Part shown: positions 56,263-64,000 of the stretch, one piece after another
Numbering within the stretch: the first letter of the stretch is position 1
Layout of the letters: the number at the start of each line of letters is the position of its first letter
Assembly: GCA_002633005.1 (NCBI GenBank)
Contig: NMRA01000064.1
Location: forward strand, 605,895 to 669,894
Reading direction: 5' to 3'
Length of the DNA stretch: 64,000 nucleotides
Origin: Phoronis australis
Lineage: Eukaryota; Animalia; Phoronida
Position numbers and translations under genes: made by a program
The notes under the pieces: model-generated
Database searches by the model: none
Seen by the model: only the letters and a program-made list of their open reading frames with translations
What the model was told of the DNA's origin: nothing

Positions 56263-58940
56263 CAGGGGCGGATCTACGTTTTCAGTAAGGGGGGGGTTTA
56301 GGATTCCCGCAAAGGTCGAATCCTAGGCGCGTGGCGCCGAGAGGGGGGGGGGTCGGGAGGGGGGGTTTCCCCCCCTCCGTGTAAAACAATTTTTTGTTTT
56401 TGTAGCCAAATAGTGAAATTTCCATGCATCCTGGTAAGTTTCTGGCACTTAACATGTCTCTTGAGTTTTTCTTAAGATAATTTAAAATCCTTCTCGATTT
56501 CGTCGCATGAACGTGGCTCATAAGTTTCGTGAAACCATATTTGTGCACATCTGGGTATGAGTCGCGCCACCAGCAAAAATTTTTGTTGGAACATCTGCTT
56601 ATACACACCTTTTTAGCATGCGAAAAGTCGTATATGAAAAGGTGTGGTGTGTGTGTGGGTTTAGCCAACTACCAAATATTCAAGAGCATAAGAAGCACCG
56701 ACGGGGAGTAAAAAATTGAATATCAGATGATCGCGTAACAGCAGCCTCAAGTTGTTTAAGAACAAAGACCTGTACTGTTAGTCTCGAAATAAACATGTGT
56801 TCTGTCTCGTTATGAGAAAAACTGGCAAACGATGGTGCTCTCAACACATAGTATATTACTAAAAGCGACAATAAACAATTAAGTATCACTTTATTAAGCT
56901 GAATCACGTTGACAACAATTGAAAAACGTCAAATGTATTTGGAAACGAATCATATGAAAACAGTTTCACGAAACCAAAACATTCTGTACATCGTGGTGAA
57001 AAGATAATCAGGACCAGTTCGCAGAGGGACCAGATGTACACTGAGAGTACACAAAAACGCCTGGTCCATCACGAGACCAAAAGTACACCTGTGCTTATTA
57101 TCCCTAGAAAAATAGTCGATCTGTCGCGGGACCAAACAGTTCTGGCTGAGATGAATAGTTTTACAAAGCACACTTTGGTAAAAAAACATCACCAGACTAG
57201 TTCGCGAGACCTAAAGCGTACTATGCAAAAACTTTTGAATTGAAAACCTCTCTCTAGACACTTTTAAATTCCCAGTGGTTGCTCATACATGTACGTGTAT
57301 TTTATACATTTGGTCGTCAACTGCTGCGAGAGGTTGTCTAGGAAGGGTTTTCGCACCGTTCTGTAATACTCACTGGAAGAAACAAGTATTGAGTACAAAT
57401 TTAACTACGCACTACGTGAAATTAATTTTGGATATGAAGCAGACAGAGCCAAGTGGAAATACAAACCAGAATCAGTTTTTGTGCACTCGTAGACCCTCTG
57501 CTGTATTGGGTAAATTTGGCATGACCAAAAATAATTTCTATTTCGTTTTCATTGTATACAAGCATAAAAACCGACATTATGTACAAACTGTGTAGAATTA
57601 TATCTTATTACGTGGGTATGTATCCAGGAACGTTAGTCCTATTCTGCTGTTGTCTGGACTGCCGAGGAATCTGTATATCGCGGGATCCAATGGTTTGCTC
57701 GTCTTGGAACCATTCTACCCAGGCATCTTTGATGTTTGTTCCCAACGCTTGCACTTCGTCAACTGCTGTGTCAATGAGCTTGTAAGCCTCTACAATGTCG
57801 TTTGGCAGCTCAATTGGCACTATGAAACCCCCTGAGGTTGCCAAGTCCATTCAAAAGACTTACATGCGCAACTAAATTTGATCCGTTCATCATGAACTAC
57901 TTCAAACCTAGTCGATGTATCCCAGGACCTATTTGCATCTCTTGCCATTTTCGGAATAAACGTCCCAATGTCTGAACGCTTGAAACCCCAAGTACTAACA
58001 TCAAATAAATGCCCATGGTCATGGGCGTTTCATCGGGTGGGAATTTCTGCGGAAATTGCCAGTATAGAAGACAGCAGTGGTGCTTATTGCAGGTAGAAAG
58101 ACGGTAGGTATTGAGGTCGGAACTAGAGCTCCTTAGGAGGCCTATTGAACATCGCACGAGTCCCTCAAGACATTGCTGTAAAAATACAGCCTCCCCGCAA
58201 TTTCTGGTACTGTACACTGTTCGCGAATGCGGTCACTTTGTCAATGTGAGTGCCCCCTTGGTCATTTTTTGTATAGACATATCTTGTTAGAGTGCATCTT
58301 CAAACGGTTCCGCGACCAGACCACGGCGCCCGCGACAATAGTAATTCTTCGGAAAACGAGTTCTTTTCAAAAATACTACATGTACATGTAGGCTACACTG
58401 TATGTATTGCGCAAGACAACTTTACTATACACCAGTCAAATTCGAGTTACAAACGTGTAGGGTATAATGGAATGACAGATGAGGTAAAAACGTTGCACGT
58501 CAATTTGCCTGAATATCAGGGTTGCGGCACCACAGTATTTCCCCTAATCAAATCAAATTATATCTTAGAGTAAAGAAGCTAGTTATCTAAAGAAATCAGC
58601 TATAGAGCTGCTCTTTCAGCGGTGAATCCATCTAAAATGCTTGGCAACTTCAGAAGTGTCGACGGAAGCGCGCCCACAATTGATCTCCGCGCGTTTTGCC
58701 GATGATCCACGAAGACTCAAAATGCGTTGATTTTCATAACAGCAATTTGCAATTCAAAAATTTATTTTTTCAGAGTGAACCCCCCCCTCATTTTTTTCCA
58801 AGTTGGTTTACTTGGGGTTTACACACGCTGGTGGTGTCGTTTTTGTTTTGGTGACGACGTTTTTGTTTTTTTTTAATTTTGGGTCCTGGCCCAAGGGGGG
58901 GGTTTAAACCCCCTGAACCCCCCCCGTAGATCCGCCTCTG
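56263..58940 (-). mobile_element. Decayed hAT DNA transposon with transposase remnants
   Basis: TIRs are CAGGGGCGGATCTACG (56263) and CGTAGATCCGCCTCTG (to 58940), with G/C-run subtermini. The internal broken minus-strand frame DIVEAYKLIDTAVDEVQAL...WVEWF...IPRQSRQQQNRTNVP (57850-57608) resembles THAP12/ZMYM1-type hAT transposases. Confidence 0.7.
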
Positions 58941-59908
58941 GAAAACAAATTAAGCACACTTGTTGATTTAGTGCATTTCCAGACAAAGTACCGGTAACCC
59001 CTCTGGCGAGTAAAATTAAAACTATAAGCAATGTGTCAATAGGTTTCATTTGGAGATCGATACACACAGAGGGAAAATGATAGACTATAACCAAATTCGA
59101 AACTTATTTTAGAATTAGGCGATGAAATGCTGACACTACACTACATGTCTAAACGCTAGGGAAGTGTTTTTAGTAAAATGTTTCATTTTGCAGTTATGTT
59201 TGACTTTGGTAACTAATTAAAGTATCAATTCGCACATCAAAAGTTACATTAAGACAGAAATGTGGCTTTTGAGACTTTATTTAGGAATTTTGTAAATATT
59301 TTTCATTTAATCTACATTTCCAACAAAACGATTTTTGTTTTAAGGCAGCTGCAAACTGGTGTTCTGTTGGTTTACATTGTACATACTTCTACAGTTTACC
59401 TGTATAACATTGGTCTCAACTTTTCAGATGCCCCAATTTATGGTCTCGCAAAAACTGACAATGTTCCTAATGCCAGTTGGTTATTCCAGGGTGACTGTGT
59501 TCAGAACAAAAAATGACCCATCATGACAAGCCAAGTTGTAAACCTGGTCTCAAGAGGTAACAAACTGTCAATTATTTACAAACTTTCTACTTTCACTGAA
59601 CTTTAAATTCAAAGCATATTTAATGATTGTGTAGATATTTTGTTGAAATTCAGACTTTTTGCTAGTTACCTCCAAACCCTTGGTATGCAGCGCCATCTTC
59701 AGCCACTATGACATGAATATCATGACCAAATACTGTCGCAAGCTAACTGCTGAATTTTACAATTTACCTTTAAAATTAGAATTTGTTTACATTTAAAGAA
59801 AGGGCAACACTGTGTTACCAGGGACAAATTTATTTAACACATCACTTTGGCTACTGCCAAATTTCATAAGACTATGTACCATATTACAATATAGATAAGT
59901 CAGTGAAC

Positions 59909-60095
59909 TTAGCTAAATACCTACAAATCTAGATTTTAACTGTGAAAATATAAATTTTCTGAAAGTAGAAAACCTGCAGAATACGAATTTTTACCAATCT
60001 ACCATTAATTGGATCACATGGCAATTGAGTTACATGGTCATGTCTTTCTAGCAAAATTTAGAAAAAAGAAAGGTATATTCATAGCAAAAAAGTCC
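59909..60095. repeat. Dispersed repeat (copy of 750-940 family)
   Basis: Colinear similarity to 750-940. Confidence 0.65.
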
Positions 60096-60882
60096 AAAAC
60101 AAGGATCAAATGTTGTTTCATATAAATGATGGTGAAATCTCATAAAACATCGTTACAGTTTACTAAATTTTCAATTAATTTTTGCTTTATTCAATTTTTG
60201 ATTTTTTCATAAAACCAAAAAGTCCAATTTTATGCCTTGAAAAAGTGTAATTCACAAACACTTCACAACAGTGTTTTGGAAAACACCATTTCCTATATAT
60301 ATATAATGTTCCAAAGTTAGCTAAGTTTGGACAATTTTTAGAATACAGCACAGCCTTAAGTACCCTAAATCTTGAAGCACAGCATATATCTAAGAAAACT
60401 TTAGGAACTCTGTATGAAATTGCATTATGCCACTGTGGGCAACAAATAACTGAATATATATAAACTTGACATAAGTTATTTATTAACAACTCAGTTAACA
60501 GCTTATTTACACTATCCCATGTAATAACCACAAAATGCACACACTATAAAGCAGTACCACATCAATATTTGTTTATGGGCAACTGTGTATATACTATCAA
60601 CCTCATTGTGGCCAACAGAGGTCATCACTGCATGGTCTTGTTTACAACTGCATTATGAACTGAAGCCATAACTTGCTGTCTAGTCCTCAGCACCAATCAT
60701 CTTCCAATGAACAAACTGTGTAACAAACCACAAAATTGCAACACACAAGTGACACCACTTCAATGAACCAGAAATGTTCACCTGACACCACAACGTTCCT
60801 GTGCTTAAAATCTGAAGTGTTATTTGTTCCTGGGAAGTCAATTTCTCAACTTGCATCATGAATCTCATCAAGCTTCAACATG

Positions 60883-63547
60883 TCACTTTGGTTGAGGATG
60901 TCTTTTAAAAAGAGTATTCACATGTTTTGAAGATATTCTTTTCTGTCCTGGTACCATACCCTGGGCTTCGGCGGCTTGTAACTTGGCGGAGGCTGCCTGA
61001 AATATAAAGGAAACCAAGCATGTTAAATTCAGCGACTGGGTGTGGAAACTCAAGTTGGCAATCAGCAAATGTCAATGTAAACACAACGAAGGGCATTTCG
61101 TGCAGAAATAACATAAATAGTACAAATCCAAGATTTGTGGCATTTTGAAAAGAAAATGTCTTACTGTGTCTGAATCGCCATATACTTCCATTATTCTGCA
61201 TGCATTTGTCAATGCTGCGCACTTGTTATGCCTAAATCACCCATCTTGTGATCAGTCTCAATTCTCCCAATAAAGGAGTGTGTACCACTACCAGACCTCA
61301 TCTAGTGTGAGTTCAGGGCATCCAAAAGGACACCCCGACTCAAATTTAGTCACTCTGGTAAGGATGCCCTGTTCAGTACTTGGACACCTAGCTGGCTAGC
61401 TAGCTGTATGAAGACTATCGTACTTGTATTGCATATGTATACTGAACTAATAATGTACCTAGATTGTACTTGGAGCACAAATTGTATTTCACTGCTCTAC
61501 AATTTTGTGCTAGACAACAAAGATTGGATGTTTTCTTTGAATATATGAGGTCTGCTTACTGCAGTCGAACTACCTGGGGGATTTTTAACAGGGTGTCCAA
61601 CAGCCTTGGTGCGAACCTGAATATAAAATTGTAAAAACATGTGTTTAGCCAAGGCAGATTGACATTATGATGGTGAAAACAGTCATTGAGCATGGCAGAG
61701 CAGTGCAATACAGTGTAATACGTGTACAATACAATTTACAATACATGTACAATCCAAGTACAATACTATTACAATATACAAGTACAATACACATCTGGGT
61801 GAGATCAATGGTGCTGACACATTGACCTGAGTTTGCCACTGTGAACATCGACAACATCGAAATTTCCCTTCATGTTTCCAGGCTATTTTGTGACAGGTTG
61901 CAGGTTTCAGTTAGGGAAAGGGAATCGTAAAATGAGACAAACCTTGAGGTTCTGTGAAGAAATAGGAGGAAATTAGCAACCTTGACCAAAATGTTCATTA
62001 TGAGAAATAAAAAAACATTGACGTAAAGAAGAGCTTTTTGTTAAATCTTACACTACTAGTGACATGCACAAGTTATGCAACTGTATTTTGCATCCATTCT
62101 ATGAAAAATATTTTTGTCATGCAATGAACTAACTTCACAGTTACCTGACTAGCAGCGTAGCACTTATTGAAAGCGGTAACTTCTTTTGAGCATCGTAACT
62201 GGTCAAAATCATATTCTTTAAAGCAGTTTAACATCGTTGACATTTCTTGAAGACACGCAACCTCTGCAATAAAATGATGTGTTAAAACACACCTGATTTG
62301 ACACTCCACTCCATTGTATTTATAATGAAACATCCAGATGGTAAAGCTTGTTGCAGTCAGGTTTCATAAAGGCCTACAATCAACATTAACTCTAAAAACC
62401 TATTTTGTGACAAACATAAGTAAAAATGAAAAATGCCATGAATATAAAGTGTTTTCAAATGACGTCATCCATTAGATCATCCGTCATGTTGGAGGACAAA
62501 CATTTCAGCATGTTTGTGGTATCGTGAAGCATAGGCCCATTTCTTATCCAAATTTTCAGCAGAATTTACTCAGAATGGTGAATCTTTGTGCAATAGTTGG
62601 ATTCTCAAGCAGGGGTGATAGCGATTTTACGTTGTACTATCGGGCAGTCGAACTAAATTTTTTTTCTTTTGAAAGAAAACCTTCAATATCATCGGAACGA
62701 TAATGCATCCCACACAACAAAAATACAAATATATGTAAGGAGTACAAAGTTATTGCAACTTTTGCGGTGAAATTAGGGTCACTTGTTTGGACCAGGTTAG
62801 ACATCTTGAGAGGCAGCGGCATAAGTTCTTACTTTTCAAGCGCATTAAATAAGTTTAAGCTTGGACGTTCAGCATGGAAAAATGGTTGATCCAAAAGCAA
62901 CATGTTCCCCGTCTCTTAGTTCCCTTGTCTCTGTTCCGTCATCTCAATTTTCCCCGTTCCGATTTTGGAATTTTATAGGGGTCTATGCCTCTACTAAAGG
63001 TCACCAGTTGTCTTACGTAAGCTGATCACCAGTAACTAACAACTCACAATAACTCGGCTTACTGTTCTTGACCACTGCCATTGCTAGTCCTCTAACATTT
63101 CGCAGTTCCGTGTACTGATGATGTTACTGCAAACATTCTATACAACAAGACAGATAACTGCTAACACAAAAGTTTAAGACTTACAACATCATATGAGCAA
63201 ATTACGGTAAAACAGGAGTAAACGGGTCCCACTTGAAAATGCGGGAACAAGGTTACACTGAATAATGGACACTGCCATTACTCAGTGAAAGCTAGTTCCA
63301 GGCAGCCATTCAAGAGGGGCCCGTTTACTCCACTTTTACTCAAAGTACAATGAAAATTGAAAGCCGAAGTGTGTAGCCTGGTACTGGTAGGCCTGGTTAA
63401 CTTACGCTTTTGGGAGTCTGATTTACCAGAGACTCTGTCCTTTAAAACAGGTGGTAAAAGTTGTCTAAATGTGTTATGCGGTTTGTAATTGTTAAATTTC
63501 CTACATAACCTAATATTATTTTTCAAAGCTTCGCTCAGGTGCGGCAT
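60883..63547 (-). CDS. CHCHD1: Coiled-coil-helix-coiled-coil-helix domain protein 1 (mitoribosomal mS37)
   Basis: Exons are 63547-63406, 62263-62145 and 60996-60883 (375 nt, 124 aa). It has a basic N-terminus with PVLKDRV, twin CX9C motifs (CLQEMSTMLNC, CSKEVTAFNKC) and C-terminal SKHVNTLFKRHP, matching the CHCHD1 layout. Confidence 0.87.
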
Positions 63548-64000
63548 TTTCAGCCACTAACTGCACAACCGGAAGCACGTAACGAGTGTTTTCCGATTGT
63601 CGTAATGTGACATTGATTCAAAACAAGCGGCTGTGTTCGATTTTAACAATTATATAAAGACTTTTTTGCATTTGTAAGTGCTCAATAAACTGATTTTTTT
63701 CAAGCAGATAAAATTATGTTCAAATACATAACAGTATGAAGAAACTCACGCTTTTAGCACGACAACCGCAATCCGTGTCATTTTGTTTGCCGGGCACTGA
63801 GTCCCGAAGCTTCTGTTAGTAAGAGGCGTTTTTAGATATGGGCGACAGATTGAAAGAACTGAGGGAAAGGTCGCAGAAAAGAAGGCAACTTTTAGCACAG
63901 CAGGTTGCTTTGACGTTGTCATCGTTGTAATTTTCGTCGACGTTCTTTCTTACTTTCAATTCAGATCTTGTAGTAATAGTCGAGATCACCCGACTCGGGA

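Noticed and set aside
58960-59048. MKPIDTLLIVLILLARGVTG as the Pinhead signal-peptide exon
   Set aside because: The donor is weak and 6 kb away. Exon 53121-53058 has a better donor (ATAG|GTAGG), the correct phase and a plausible signal peptide.

Overview
This is AT-rich, intron-rich eukaryotic DNA from a bilaterian invertebrate (organism not determinable); most ORFs in the track are spurious. By splicing GT-AG exons with consistent phase I reconstruct five protein-coding genes. These are the 3' part of a Na+/Ca2+ exchanger (NCX/SLC8, + strand, 9 exons, 3690-25701), mitochondrial rRNA methyltransferase MRM2/FTSJ2 (-, 30037-31240), the TGF-beta ligand ADMP (-, 5 exons, 37163-43114), its conserved upstream neighbour Pinhead (-, 7 exons, 45587-53121) and mitoribosomal CHCHD1/mS37 (-, 3 exons, 60883-63547). 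The introns and spacers hold tRNA-derived SINEs, MITEs, a Helentron-type non-autonomous element, a Penelope-like GIY-YIG fragment, a decayed hAT transposon, minisatellites and three single-N assembly joins, one of which creates a false exon duplication. The most interesting observations are the intact Pinhead-Admp tandem, a perfect Mad/Medea/Schnurri silencer element inside Admp coding exon 1, Maf/CRE palindromes 3' of both genes, CTCF-like sites around the pair, and a candidate 18-nt lysine-rich microexon with Rbfox sites that would fall in the Ca2+-binding loop of NCX CBD2. There is no CRISPR or other prokaryotic system. All regulatory calls are motif-based inferences.
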